Assembly (NCBI RefSeq): GCF_024298765.1
Contig: NZ_CP101211.1
Length of the DNA: 64,000 nucleotides
Direction: 5' to 3' (one strand)
Source: Escherichia coli
GTDB lineage: Bacteria; Pseudomonadota; Gammaproteobacteria; Enterobacterales; Enterobacteriaceae
Part shown: positions 29,461 to 39,578 of the stretch, one piece after another
Numbering within the stretch: position 1 is the stretch's first letter
Layout: every line of letters begins with the position of its first letter
The notes under the pieces: model-generated
Database searches by the model: none
Told to the model about the DNA's origin: nothing
What the model saw: the letters and a program-made list of their open reading frames with translations, nothing else
Made by a program: the position numbers and the translations under genes

Positions 29461-30750
29461 TTAAGCTTGCTGCTCAGTTTGGTTCCGGTGCTGAAAAACC
29501 TGCCAACGGTGCTTTAGGAATTCAGTATTGATGGGTTTACGCAGCGGCTTAATAAACTCTCCTTGATATGCCGCTAAATCATGATCTACCGCCAAAGCTT
29601 CAGCGAGAATGTTAACCTCCAACGTCACCGGATGAATGGCAATCATGTTTGCGTCGAAAAGATCGTGTATATCATGGCGTAAGAGCAACCCATTTGTATA
29701 ATGGTCTACTCCTCCGTTACGATGCTCCATCAGATGAGCAGCCTCAGTGCGCTGGCGCAGTCTAGAGCCTGTAATCACACATTGGTCATAACAGTTGTTG
29801 CGGACGGCTTCTGCAAATGAGGCCTGATCTGGTCGTGTCTCGACAGTTGTCTTACTACCCTTACGCTTACCCGGTACAGTAGTTTCATCAGGAATATTCG
29901 GCTGAAGCTCCTTTTCTTCTATACCATCAGTCTTCATAGCGACCATAATCGCGGCCGGTGGAGATTTAGGCTGATCTTCCTGCGATCTTTCGCGGCCACC
30001 AACTGGATACCCTAGAAAACCCTCAATGATCTCTAGTGGAGGTAATGTAGCGTTTGAACGTGCATAAATAGCGAACTCTGCGGCACGTCCGCCGGGAATA
30101 TATCTACGTACCAGTATTGGAAGAGAGGCTTCTTCATCTGGTTCCTCTTTTTCCGACAGGATTATTCGTTCGGTGAGACGGGCTGAATTTTTTTTCATTT
30201 CACTCAACAGTCTATTGCGTTCTTTTACCTTTCGGTCATTATCCTCCAACATCTTACGATGACTAACCTTAGCCAGATGGTCTTCCAGTTCCTGTATATA
30301 TTCGGGATCGATAGTATCAATTAGACCGAACGCCATCAACCGCTCCCCCCTTGTTTTACAAGATTCTAGCCGAACGCGAATGTACTCCTTACGCTTGGCC
30401 ATCAAATGTTCTTTTTGTTTTTTTTCTCGAATTACACGGAGCTGAGTATTGTAATTAGAATAAACGGTTTCGCTATTCTGCTCTGTCTCTAGAGCAAATT
30501 TTTGTAGGTGTTCACGTAGTTTTTTACGGGTATTTTTGGGGGCATGCATTACGGTACGCTCAATGTATGAGCCTGTGCAGCGTAAAGAAAGTACAGTTTC
30601 AGCATGGGAATAACCAGCATTGAGACGATAGCGGGCAATTTTAAGCAAATTATTAAAGTGTGCACCATTACATATACCTAGTTCTTCCAAGACACGACGT
30701 TCTCTATCATTAATAGATGGATGGTTAATATCTTTTACTTTGTTTGCCAT
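29461..30750 (-). CDS. HNH-endonuclease-domain protein with a long charged N-terminal region
   Basis: C-terminal CYDQCVITG...AHLMEHRNGGVDHYTNGLLLRHDIHDLFD is an HNH-type motif; the N-terminal 300 aa are Lys/Glu/Arg-rich. Confidence 0.6.
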   Translation of the reverse strand: MANKVKDINHPSINDRERRVLEELGICNGAHFNNLLKIARYRLNAGYSHAETVLSLRCTGSYIERTVMHAPKNTRKKLREHLQKFALETEQNSETVYSNYNTQLRVIREKKQKEHLMAKRKEYIRVRLESCKTRGERLMAFGLIDTIDPEYIQELEDHLAKVSHRKMLEDNDRKVKERNRLLSEMKKNSARLTERIILSEKEEPDEEASLPILVRRYIPGGRAAEFAIYARSNATLPPLEIIEGFLGYPVGGRERSQEDQPKSPPAAIMVAMKTDGIEEKELQPNIPDETTVPGKRKGSKTTVETRPDQASFAEAVRNNCYDQCVITGSRLRQRTEAAHLMEHRNGGVDHYTNGLLLRHDIHDLFDANMIAIHPVTLEVNILAEALAVDHDLAAYQGEFIKPLRKPINTEFLKHRWQVFQHRNQTEQQA

Positions 30751-30833
30751 GTCCTGTGTCTCAGTGCCTATTCAGCCGGAACATCTACTACATAAAGAAC
30801 GAGATTGTACAGAAATCAGCTAAGTTTATGAAT

Positions 30834-30864
30834 AAAAAAGGCCGCAAATTTATACTTTGCGGCC
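30834..30864 (-). terminator. Rho-independent terminator after trhG
   Basis: GGCCGCAAA / TTTGCGGCC stem followed by a T-run on the minus strand. Confidence 0.65.
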
Positions 30865-30930
30865 TTCACTGTTTAACACCATATTTTAGTAAATACGTTT
30901 AATTTTCATTAGGTTATATTTGAAACTCAC

Positions 30931-33900
30931 CTACCTTTTATTTTCATTAAGCCACTGATCCGCTTTATCGACACGTGACTGGTAAGGCTCATTTGTGTTG
31001 CTCAGCTCTGACTTCATGTACTGAATGAATTCATCTGCTTTCTGAGGCCCAAAGCGTGGGTCATCCGTCAATTGCTGCCGGATAGCCCTTTCAGAGTTCT
31101 GCGCTGCATTCGCATAAGTCGAAACGCCGTCGCTGCTAATACTCTGATACCGGTCACTTACAGCTGCGACGCCATCAGACATCTGCATGTGATTAAGGAC
31201 TTTACCCTGGAGAGAATCAGGCATATTTGCAGGGTTAGAGGCATCATTTGCTATCGATGTCTGGGTTTGAAGGATGCCCGCTCCCGTAAGCATCTCATTT
31301 ACCGGTTTCGCCCCAACGCTGGTTAGCGTATCCGAAACAAATTGCTGGCCCCCGAGTAGCGCACCAGAAATCGCGCCCCGCTCAGTGTTGGCCTCTATCT
31401 TTTCCCCAACCAAGCGATCTGTGACGGTCTGAGTGCGGTTACCAACGAGACCACCGCCCGACCCACCCTCTCCTAGGTTTGCCCGTACGACTGACTCAAG
31501 TGAACCATCAGCTCTGTTATGAGTGTTGAAACTGCTATGGATGCTCTGAACGTCATTCATACTCCAGTTAACGTTATAGTTACCCAGTTCATTAAGGATC
31601 TTCTGGGTATCCGCTTTGAGCTGCTCTCTTTCGGCACCGGTAGCCATGGTGCTGGCACCATAGGTAAAGACAGCTTGCTGTGCCAATTCAGCTCGCTTAT
31701 CGTCCCGGCTTAAGTTCGGGTTGTTGGCAACACGACTAAAGTAGTTATCAGTGTTATTAGATAAGCCACGAACTTGACCGCTCTGATACATACTGTTCAA
31801 AGCAGTGGCTCGTTGATCCATTCCATCACCAACCACCCGACCTCCGGTAGCCTTTTCCAGATCGTTAAATGTGCCTTCTGCATTTCTGACATCCTGACCT
31901 GAATTGACGACTTTCTCTACACCCTGATTATTCAGTACAGGGCCATTCGTTTTGAGAGAATTGAGCACATTCCTTTCTTCATCAGAATAAGTGCGGCCCA
32001 CGTTGTTGTTATGTATTCCCTGAATATCGCCTTTGCCCGCGTTATCAAGGTTATACGGAGTAAAGCCAGCTTCACTTTTTCCAGGGACACGCTGAGTCGC
32101 GTCCTGAGCGTTGGAGGAAAGACCGAGTTTAGCCTGCGAATCAACACTTCCACCCAGTTCCCCTACGCGTGACGCACTCATCACGCCAGACGTATTTACG
32201 CTGTCAGGAGTTCTATCCTGTGCCTGAGTGATAGTATTAATTCCTGACCCTTCGCCTGAAATTCTGTCGAGCTGATTGGTGATAGGTAGCAGCTGCTGTG
32301 CATTACCACCGAAGTCGGAAACCAGACTTTTAAGCAGGCTGGAGGTTTCACGGAGATCCTGTTTATTACTTTCGGCCGTCTCTCCCCGGGCGGTATCAAT
32401 CGCAATTTTTTGCTCACTGAAATCTCGTGTTGCAGCCACAAGCGCGTCAGTACGTTGAAGCTGCGAACCAAGCTGATTACTGGCCTTGAAGGTATCGTTA
32501 TAGGAGTTGAATTTCTCCATAAACGCATTCTCATCCAGCCCATTCTTACGAGCAAAATTCCTTACATCATCATCACTGAAGTTTTTGTTGCGAATAGAAT
32601 CGGAGAACCTGTCCAGGTTAATGCTTTGTTTAGAATCAAGGCTCATTCCACTATTGGAGCTGGCGTTAGTCGATACCGATGTAGAAATGTTTTGCGCCAT
32701 CGTCTGTGTCGCCTGGTTCATTTTCGACGATGCTTCTTTAAACGCATTAGTATTGGATATCTGATCGCTGCTTACCTGAGACGCCGCTTTACTGAACTGG
32801 TCAGTCAAAGCAGAATCCTGGCTAAGCTGATTCGTGATTGCTTTTGAAAGGTCATTTGAAAGCGAGTCACTGCCTGTATTGGTCTTAGATGCGCCGCTAC
32901 TCAATTGCCCTGCTACAGCTGCTTTCAGCCCGGCTCCGTTGCCAGTTCCAGCACCTCCATTAAGCCCAGCGTTTAGAATAACATTTGAAGCAATGCTGGC
33001 CATCTGAGACGCACTCACCCCATGTTTCGTTGCAATACCTTCTGCTACAGAGGCACCAATCTTATCCGAGATCTGCTTCATTGTTTGCAGGTTGGTTGAG
33101 AACTGCTGGCTCGACTGTCCTGACCTTCCAATTTCACTCATCTGACTGTAACCAGCCTGGAATGAATTACTTGCCGCACTCATAACTGATGAGGTTACAG
33201 CTGATCCTTGCCCCTGGCTGTTAGCGATACTTGAACCAGCATTCCACATTCCAAGACGGAAATTACTTGAATCAACTGCGCCGCCATCGCTGTATCCCTG
33301 ACCGGTACTGGTCAAGGCGGTTCGTGTCACGTCACCAAATGAAGATTTACCGCTGTTAGGGCCATCCCATACTTTGGGCGTTACATGACCAGTATCCACC
33401 GGCGCATCGGGGGTCACTCCCTTAACCGCATTCATCATCGGGTGAATCGACTGTGTCATCAGGAATAATGTGAGTACCGGAATCAGAGCATAAAGCGCGG
33501 AAGCAACAGACAGGTATGAACTGTATGTTTCCGCAAGCCCTGGGAGCCCCATCCACGTGACGGCATTATTCTGGCTGTTGAGGGTGCTCCAGGTATCCAG
33601 ATCGGCCGTCGCGACTTTCTTCACATACGCGTTGACCATTACTGCCGTAAGCGGCCACATATTCACGAAGAGAATAAGTTGCAAATATTTCGCCGCAGCG
33701 GCAACACCATTACCACCTAACGCCAGCAGCATAAGCAAAGCAAATGGAGCAACCATGTAAGCAAACATCTCAAGGAATGCGATTGCTGCTCCAGACAGTT
33801 GTAACCACAACTGGCCCTGTGAAGCCATTGTGTTGGTTCGCTTCAGAGAAGCCTCAAACAACTGCATATCGGAAGCCAGACCGAGTGGGGTCTTATATTT

Positions 33901-34884
33901 GCTTGCGCCATTTCTGAGCTCATTCATTATGAACAGGTTCAGGGTGGCGTCATACGAACCAATAGCCTTACCGTACATACCATTTGCTGACGCCATAACA
34001 TCAGTAAAACTTGCGCCGGTAGGTGCACCATTTGCTTCGTCTGGAGTAAGGATGCCGTTTGTCTGTCCTATAAGGGAAATAGTCTGGCGAGCTTCAGCTG
34101 TACTGGTAACCTGTTTCACAGTTGACCAGACCTCATCACACGTACCAGATTTTGAACCGTTAGCGCCAACAATACTGGCAGAGGCATTCTTCAGTGCGCC
34201 TTTCATCGCCTGATTAATCCGGTCCATGCTATCTGCCAGATTAGCTGAGAAAATATCGTTAAAAATAGTTTCTTTACCGGCAATATTTGCGCTTGAGTTT
34301 TGGGTAGCCTTCAGGCAGTTGTATGCAAGAGACTGAACGGTAGCACATACGTTCATTGGCCCTAGCCCGCTGGCCGGTTCAGGAAATGCAGAACAGTAGC
34401 CCTGGCTATCGCCGCCCCATTGCAAAAACTTCACGAATCGGATCATCGGACCGAGGGTGATGTCATCGTCCAGAGTTGTTGCAGACAGGTCCACCGGAGA
34501 AAGCGGATCAAACGCAGTTTTATAATCCTTCAGCAAACCCTGGCTTAAGTTAGTGGTGACGGTGGCCATCGCAGCAATAAAAATTGGAATTCCGTCGACG
34601 TTTCTGACCTCTCCCGACTTTACAGATTCAATAGTTACATCCACTCGAACCATTGCCATCATGAAAAGGATCAACCCCAAAAACCAGGAGAAAAACGGTA
34701 ATTCATTTTTGGTCGGAGCCTGAAGCCATAGCCACGTTTTATAGAATAGGCTCACACCTGCTACAACGGCGGCCGTGGTCAGGAACTCTTTTACACCAGT
34801 ATATTGAGAAAAGATTAGGGCAATACCGGTAAAAGCCGACCAGACAAAATCAATATCACCCAGGGTATATATGTTGTAATCCAT
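30931..34884 (-). CDS. trhG: F/H-type conjugative transfer protein TraG/TrhG (mating-pair stabilisation, large inner-membrane protein)
   Basis: 1317 aa, polytopic N-terminal half and Ser/Gly/Asn-rich periplasmic region; follows traH. Confidence 0.7.
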   Translation of the reverse strand: MDYNIYTLGDIDFVWSAFTGIALIFSQYTGVKEFLTTAAVVAGVSLFYKTWLWLQAPTKNELPFFSWFLGLILFMMAMVRVDVTIESVKSGEVRNVDGIPIFIAAMATVTTNLSQGLLKDYKTAFDPLSPVDLSATTLDDDITLGPMIRFVKFLQWGGDSQGYCSAFPEPASGLGPMNVCATVQSLAYNCLKATQNSSANIAGKETIFNDIFSANLADSMDRINQAMKGALKNASASIVGANGSKSGTCDEVWSTVKQVTSTAEARQTISLIGQTNGILTPDEANGAPTGASFTDVMASANGMYGKAIGSYDATLNLFIMNELRNGASKYKTPLGLASDMQLFEASLKRTNTMASQGQLWLQLSGAAIAFLEMFAYMVAPFALLMLLALGGNGVAAAAKYLQLILFVNMWPLTAVMVNAYVKKVATADLDTWSTLNSQNNAVTWMGLPGLAETYSSYLSVASALYALIPVLTLFLMTQSIHPMMNAVKGVTPDAPVDTGHVTPKVWDGPNSGKSSFGDVTRTALTSTGQGYSDGGAVDSSNFRLGMWNAGSSIANSQGQGSAVTSSVMSAASNSFQAGYSQMSEIGRSGQSSQQFSTNLQTMKQISDKIGASVAEGIATKHGVSASQMASIASNVILNAGLNGGAGTGNGAGLKAAVAGQLSSGASKTNTGSDSLSNDLSKAITNQLSQDSALTDQFSKAASQVSSDQISNTNAFKEASSKMNQATQTMAQNISTSVSTNASSNSGMSLDSKQSINLDRFSDSIRNKNFSDDDVRNFARKNGLDENAFMEKFNSYNDTFKASNQLGSQLQRTDALVAATRDFSEQKIAIDTARGETAESNKQDLRETSSLLKSLVSDFGGNAQQLLPITNQLDRISGEGSGINTITQAQDRTPDSVNTSGVMSASRVGELGGSVDSQAKLGLSSNAQDATQRVPGKSEAGFTPYNLDNAGKGDIQGIHNNNVGRTYSDEERNVLNSLKTNGPVLNNQGVEKVVNSGQDVRNAEGTFNDLEKATGGRVVGDGMDQRATALNSMYQSGQVRGLSNNTDNYFSRVANNPNLSRDDKRAELAQQAVFTYGASTMATGAEREQLKADTQKILNELGNYNVNWSMNDVQSIHSSFNTHNRADGSLESVVRANLGEGGSGGGLVGNRTQTVTDRLVGEKIEANTERGAISGALLGGQQFVSDTLTSVGAKPVNEMLTGAGILQTQTSIANDASNPANMPDSLQGKVLNHMQMSDGVAAVSDRYQSISSDGVSTYANAAQNSERAIRQQLTDDPRFGPQKADEFIQYMKSELSNTNEPYQSRVDKADQWLNENKR

Positions 34885-34892
34885 GTCAGACC

Positions 34893-36308
34893 TCAGTTAC
34901 GTGTGCCACGAATACTTTCAGTGAAAGCCTTCCGTTGCAGGCGACGGTTATCCCAGGTTGAAATGACGTCCGAGCTGGTACCGACCTGGCTGTGCGATAG
35001 CTCATAGGCGGCTTTAACCTGTTTTGAGAGATTGTCTGTTAATCGGTTGAGATCATCCCTTTTACCCGACAGCGACTCACTCGGTATGCTCATGGTTGAA
35101 ATTTTGGCCTCAACCTGGCGCAACATGTTGATTACGAGGCTCGTCGCAGCAATAGTGCTTATGTCCTGAATGTATGCGTACCCTTCCGGTGCTTCGAATG
35201 TTTGCAAAGAGTCGATAATGGTCGGGATGCCGATATAGGAGATAATGCGTAATTCATCATCTGAAACACGAACGTCGTTGATGATTTTTTTCTGTACGTT
35301 TAAAAGAAGATCAGAAATGGTATCCTTCAATCCCTTAAAACCACCGTCATTAACTTCTGACATGACAAGGCACTGAGCCTTTCGTGGGGATGATGGATCT
35401 GGTGCCGGAGAACACTTGAGCATTTTAATTGATCCGCCAGCTGGTGGCCCCATGATGTAATCCGTGACAGTCATGGTAGACGGGCGGACTTCCATTCCCG
35501 CTTTTTCGCCTTTGCTATCCCAGTTGATAATGACAGTACCCACGAGAGACATAAGTTGTTCTGCCAATTTATAACCGGATAACTCCGTTACCCCTCCGAT
35601 GTTCATTGTTCCCTTATCAATATCCATGAACGACATATAGAAGAGGTTACCACTGAATTTTTCAGCGAACTCTTCGGGATCCTTTGCTTTAACCTGAGAA
35701 GTGACAGCTTCAGGTGACTTTGTCATCGATGAGCCAAAATCAGGAATGAGACCATTAATCGATCCCAGAATTGAGGCTGGTCCAGAGCTAACTGAGTTAG
35801 CGAACTGGCTTGGCGTACCCACGTTTTCAGAAAGGAAAGAGTAAGTTGCATTGCATGAATCTTTCGCAAATTTATTTAGCGCTTGCAGTTTGTTTTGGAT
35901 GTCATTAATCGTTGCAGCACAGTCAGCACAAATAGCTGAAACAGCAACGTTAAAAGCATAGATAGCCGCACCCTGGGCAATACCACGGGCCACCTGCACA
36001 AGCTGGTCCCCGTTGATCATGCTGAAGGACCCAAGAAAAACGTCAATACCATTACAACCGACAGAAGCTTTTGGAAACGACATGGAAACAAGGTTGGTAT
36101 TAACGTTTGTTGTTCGGTAAGACATTGACCCGCCAACTATGCCTGTACGGGTTGCTGTGGAAAAGGTGGCCGGGCTGGTAGACGTCATCATGCCATTGAA
36201 AATGTTACGCATTGCGTTGTCTGCATTTGCAGTCGGGGCTAAAATTGCAGCACAAACAGAAAGAGACAAAAGTAACTTTTTGAAGTTGAAAACGGCATTA
36301 CTGCGCAT
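34893..36308 (-). CDS. trhH: F/H-type pilus assembly protein TraH/TrhH
   Basis: Signal peptide MRSNAVFNFKKLLLSLSVCAAILAPTANA (start taken at the Met at 36308); about 470 aa. Confidence 0.65.
   Translation of the reverse strand: MRSNAVFNFKKLLLSLSVCAAILAPTANADNAMRNIFNGMMTSTSPATFSTATRTGIVGGSMSYRTTNVNTNLVSMSFPKASVGCNGIDVFLGSFSMINGDQLVQVARGIAQGAAIYAFNVAVSAICADCAATINDIQNKLQALNKFAKDSCNATYSFLSENVGTPSQFANSVSSGPASILGSINGLIPDFGSSMTKSPEAVTSQVKAKDPEEFAEKFSGNLFYMSFMDIDKGTMNIGGVTELSGYKLAEQLMSLVGTVIINWDSKGEKAGMEVRPSTMTVTDYIMGPPAGGSIKMLKCSPAPDPSSPRKAQCLVMSEVNDGGFKGLKDTISDLLLNVQKKIINDVRVSDDELRIISYIGIPTIIDSLQTFEAPEGYAYIQDISTIAATSLVINMLRQVEAKISTMSIPSESLSGKRDDLNRLTDNLSKQVKAAYELSHSQVGTSSDVISTWDNRRLQRKAFTESIRGTRN
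36270..36282. repeat. Backbone palindrome copy AAAAGTAACTTTT, inside the trhH 5' coding region
   Basis: Exact copy encoding FNFKKL of the signal peptide. Confidence 0.75.
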
Positions 36309-37344
36309 AAGTGCCTCCAAAACTGCCGCCAGCATTGAGATAATTGACCGGATCGGCCGTAGGCATGTCATAGCCTTCGAGTTTTTGGTCCATTATTTTT
36401 TGAAGTAAGAATGGGTCTGATTCCATTTCGGATTTATTAACGGTAATAACGCCATCATCACCGATGGTATATTGCCTTTTAATATCTAGAGTTGACTGAA
36501 ACGAAGCGTCATCGATCAGATTCATGCCCTTCGCGGCAAGTATAATAGTGTTCTTTAATTCATCAGCGGAGATCATGCCTTCACTAATGCGCTGAGCTGA
36601 TGTCCCATCCTTTGAAACCAGGAAAATTGTAGGTACCTCTCGAATTTTAAATTGATCAATAATTTGTGCATTGGGGATGTTAAAATCCTGAAAAAGGCCA
36701 TTATGCAATGGCCTTCCATCCATACTGATTGGAAGAATATCTACCGAATAATAGTTCTGCATAAATTGAAGTATTTGGCTCTCTTCGTGGCAAAACTGGC
36801 AAGTACTCTGGAAAAAGAAAAATAAACCTGACTTAGTAAAGATATCTTTCATTACCGTTTGCTGATTTTTTTCAACAACAGTGCGGTGAGCATCCAGTGC
36901 CACCTTTTCCACTGGTTGCCTGCGTTTTTCAGACATCATCGGGTTTTTAAGAAAATAATCTTTTGATTTGTCAGAAAAACGCGTACTGATATCCAGCATT
37001 AACCTTTGCGCCGTGTAATAACGTGATAGATTTTCTGCGGTAGGGTTATCCATTGCCTGCGTTAACAGTCGAGGAATATTCTCTTTTAGCCATTTTGAAT
37101 TTAAATCTACCTTTTCCTCTTTTGAAGGCGAGCTAGCAGCACCGGTTGGTGGCAAAACCTTTTCTTCTTCAGCTTCGCTTTTTTTAGCAGGATCGTCATA
37201 CCAGAAGAAACCCTTCTTATAAGCCTGGCCTGATACAAAGGGCGTATCTTTTATTAGGGGTTGCTCAGGGCTGGCGTGGGCACCAGTAATTACCAAAGAC
37301 ATAAGCAAAACCATCTTTGAAGGCGCTAATGCAATACGAGTCAT
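36298..37344 (-). CDS. trhF: F/H-type pilus assembly protein TraF/TrhF (thioredoxin-like, CQFC)
   Basis: Signal peptide and a thioredoxin-like C-terminal domain with CQFC; first gene of the traF-traH-traG operon. Confidence 0.6.
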   Translation of the reverse strand: MTRIALAPSKMVLLMSLVITGAHASPEQPLIKDTPFVSGQAYKKGFFWYDDPAKKSEAEEEKVLPPTGAASSPSKEEKVDLNSKWLKENIPRLLTQAMDNPTAENLSRYYTAQRLMLDISTRFSDKSKDYFLKNPMMSEKRRQPVEKVALDAHRTVVEKNQQTVMKDIFTKSGLFFFFQSTCQFCHEESQILQFMQNYYSVDILPISMDGRPLHNGLFQDFNIPNAQIIDQFKIREVPTIFLVSKDGTSAQRISEGMISADELKNTIILAAKGMNLIDDASFQSTLDIKRQYTIGDDGVITVNKSEMESDPFLLQKIMDQKLEGYDMPTADPVNYLNAGGSFGGTYAQ

Positions 37345-37937
37345 AGACCGTTCTCCTTTTCTGATGCGGTTATGATGGCATACAAAAAAAAGGTTAGAGC
37401 TCGTATAGCATGGTCGTTTTTATGTTGAAAAGGACGGAAAAGGAGTGCTGACTAAGAAGATAGTCTCGGTGATGGAAAGATCATCCATCTTGCACATTGT
37501 GAAAAATCCGGTGTAACAAAAACATGGTTTTATCGAATATCTAAAAGCAAATATTGCTTTGAAAACAGGTGTATTAAGAGCTGAAAAAAATCATCACCAG
37601 TAACGCTGTTTCTATATTTCAAAGAAGGAATAGCTAAGGATCAAAGAAGCGAACTTAGGCAAGAATATAAAATATATTAATTGAAAGCGATTAAGAAGTC
37701 GTCATGCATAGAAGGTTTTAGAGAACCTAAGTAGTTTTACGTTTTCAACAGAAAAAAAGGTGAACATTTTTTGGAACGAAGAAAGACTGTATAAAGAAAA
37801 ATCAAATTATATCTTTACTTGTCAAGAGTTAATATTTAAGTTGTAACTAATATTTGATTGTAAAGCAAACAACAGAATTTGACTTAAGTCAATATTTAGA
37901 TTCAGACAAGGCAAGTTTCGCGATATCTTTTTTAAAT

Positions 37938-38450
37938 TTAATCTAATTCTTCTTGAGAATACCTCTCTATGGCTGAAGCAGTTGAAGATAATCTGCAACG
38001 TGGACAATAAGCATCATTTGTCACTGGCACAATGTATGGGCGTTTACATTTTTCGCAGGCACCTAGTTCTTCAATTTCTTTCATAGAAGTAAGGATTTCT
38101 ATTATTTTATTAACTTCCGGTGCGCATACAAAGTATCCCAGATTATGAAGGACACTCATTATTCGGTTGAAGTCAATTTGCCGAAAACTCGCTTCCGGAT
38201 TTATTGGATCAAAACCAAAATAGTTAACTGCGACATCAATAACAGCAGAAAAAGCTCGGCGGTTATCTGTGCGTTTGCTCCAGCCCCGGATACCTTTTTT
38301 GAGTTTTGTTTTTGCACCAGGCTCAAAATCGATATTTTCAGCAACATGATTACCGTACAAAATTCGTATTGTATTTTTATTTGCCCCAAGCGACATAGTC
38401 CTTGCTGCTCGCAATAGAGCATTAGCTTTTGTTTGATCGACCTTTGCCAT
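37938..38450 (-). CDS. FlhC-like regulator with a C-terminal C-x2-C-x15-C-x2-C zinc ribbon
   Basis: CEKCKRPYIVPVTNDAYCPRC has the Cys spacing of FlhC-family activators. Confidence 0.5.
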   Translation of the reverse strand: MAKVDQTKANALLRAARTMSLGANKNTIRILYGNHVAENIDFEPGAKTKLKKGIRGWSKRTDNRRAFSAVIDVAVNYFGFDPINPEASFRQIDFNRIMSVLHNLGYFVCAPEVNKIIEILTSMKEIEELGACEKCKRPYIVPVTNDAYCPRCRLSSTASAIERYSQEELD

Positions 38451-38451
38451 A

Positions 38452-39252
38452 TTAATAATCCTTTAACATAACTTTATTTGTTAAAGTGTTGAACACATCC
38501 TGACGGTGACTGGTGAACATAGTGTCATAACGTAATAGTTCCATCAAATCATCACTAACTTTTCCTAACCGGATGTCAGCAGACAATTCATAAGCCCAGG
38601 CAAAAACTTTCGTTTTAAGTGAAACACTCTCTTCAATATGCCCTTGTGAGAAAGCAATTGTACGTGGGAAAAGAACGACATCGTTAATTGTTTTTAACGA
38701 TGAATAACCAATGTCTTTAATAGCATCAGCTGTAGTTGGTTTTAAACCAAAGAAAACACTTACAAACTCTGGTGCGAGCATTGAGATAAAGAACACCTGC
38801 ATAAAGTAGTCATTCTGTATATCAACACATTTAGAACGCAACTCATGAATCTTCTTGGGATTATAGATATCCACTGTACCATTCAGAAAAGTCACTTTTT
38901 CACCGGCATCGTAAATACCATAGTCAATATCATTTGTATCATATTCACGAATTACATTGGAATCACCGTCCAAGACCGCAGAAAAAAACCTCTCCCATGT
39001 AATTTCCTTTCCGAGTGTACGCGGAACCAAAAAACTACCTGGACGTGTTTCCACTTCAAAAGCTAAATCAGCGGCTGTACTAAATCCTTTCCCAAATAGG
39101 CGACGCTGGAGAAGAGGAGTCCCAGTTTGATATGCAGAAGATCCATGCACAGGCAATAACATTAAAAATGCACGGTAACTACGAATAAGCGAAATCTCAG
39201 TGCGGAAAAGTTTACCGAGTAAGCTACGAGTTAAATTATCAGATTCTGACAT
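38452..39252 (-). CDS. Hypothetical protein co-transcribed with the FlhC-like gene
   Basis: 266-aa ORF ending 1 bp before the FlhC-like start. Confidence 0.45.
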   Translation of the reverse strand: MSESDNLTRSLLGKLFRTEISLIRSYRAFLMLLPVHGSSAYQTGTPLLQRRLFGKGFSTAADLAFEVETRPGSFLVPRTLGKEITWERFFSAVLDGDSNVIREYDTNDIDYGIYDAGEKVTFLNGTVDIYNPKKIHELRSKCVDIQNDYFMQVFFISMLAPEFVSVFFGLKPTTADAIKDIGYSSLKTINDVVLFPRTIAFSQGHIEESVSLKTKVFAWAYELSADIRLGKVSDDLMELLRYDTMFTSHRQDVFNTLTNKVMLKDY

Positions 39253-39329
39253 GTGCTGATTGTCCTTGCGCCATTACAATTGTTCAAATCTTCAACATGG
39301 ATTTTTTGTTAGGTGTTCGGTAGGGTGAA

Positions 39330-39342
39330 AAGTAACTTTTAG
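39330..39342. repeat. Backbone palindrome copy AAAAGTAACTTTT
   Basis: Exact copy about 80 bp upstream of the 266-aa gene start. Confidence 0.8.
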
Positions 39343-39349
39343 TATTTTC

Positions 39350-39372
39350 TTAAGGCTTGAATAAGCCTTAAA
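39350..39372 (+). repeat. Inverted repeat TTAAGGCTT-gaata-AGCCTTAA
   Basis: Perfect 9-bp arms, 8 bp downstream of a 13-bp palindrome copy. Confidence 0.5.
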
Positions 39373-39578
39373 TCTATCCCTTCAACCACACCGCTTACTT
39401 GTAACACTTTTTAACCAAACTGACCAGAATTTTATCAAAATTTCTTCGCATGCTAACGAAATGTGAAGCGATTAAAAAAAAACCTAAATCCAGCCCCTCC
39501 CAACGTTGGATTAGAATAACGACGTCTTTCACTGACCGTCATAAACTGACATTTTTACTTTTCATCAACCTCATGCTT

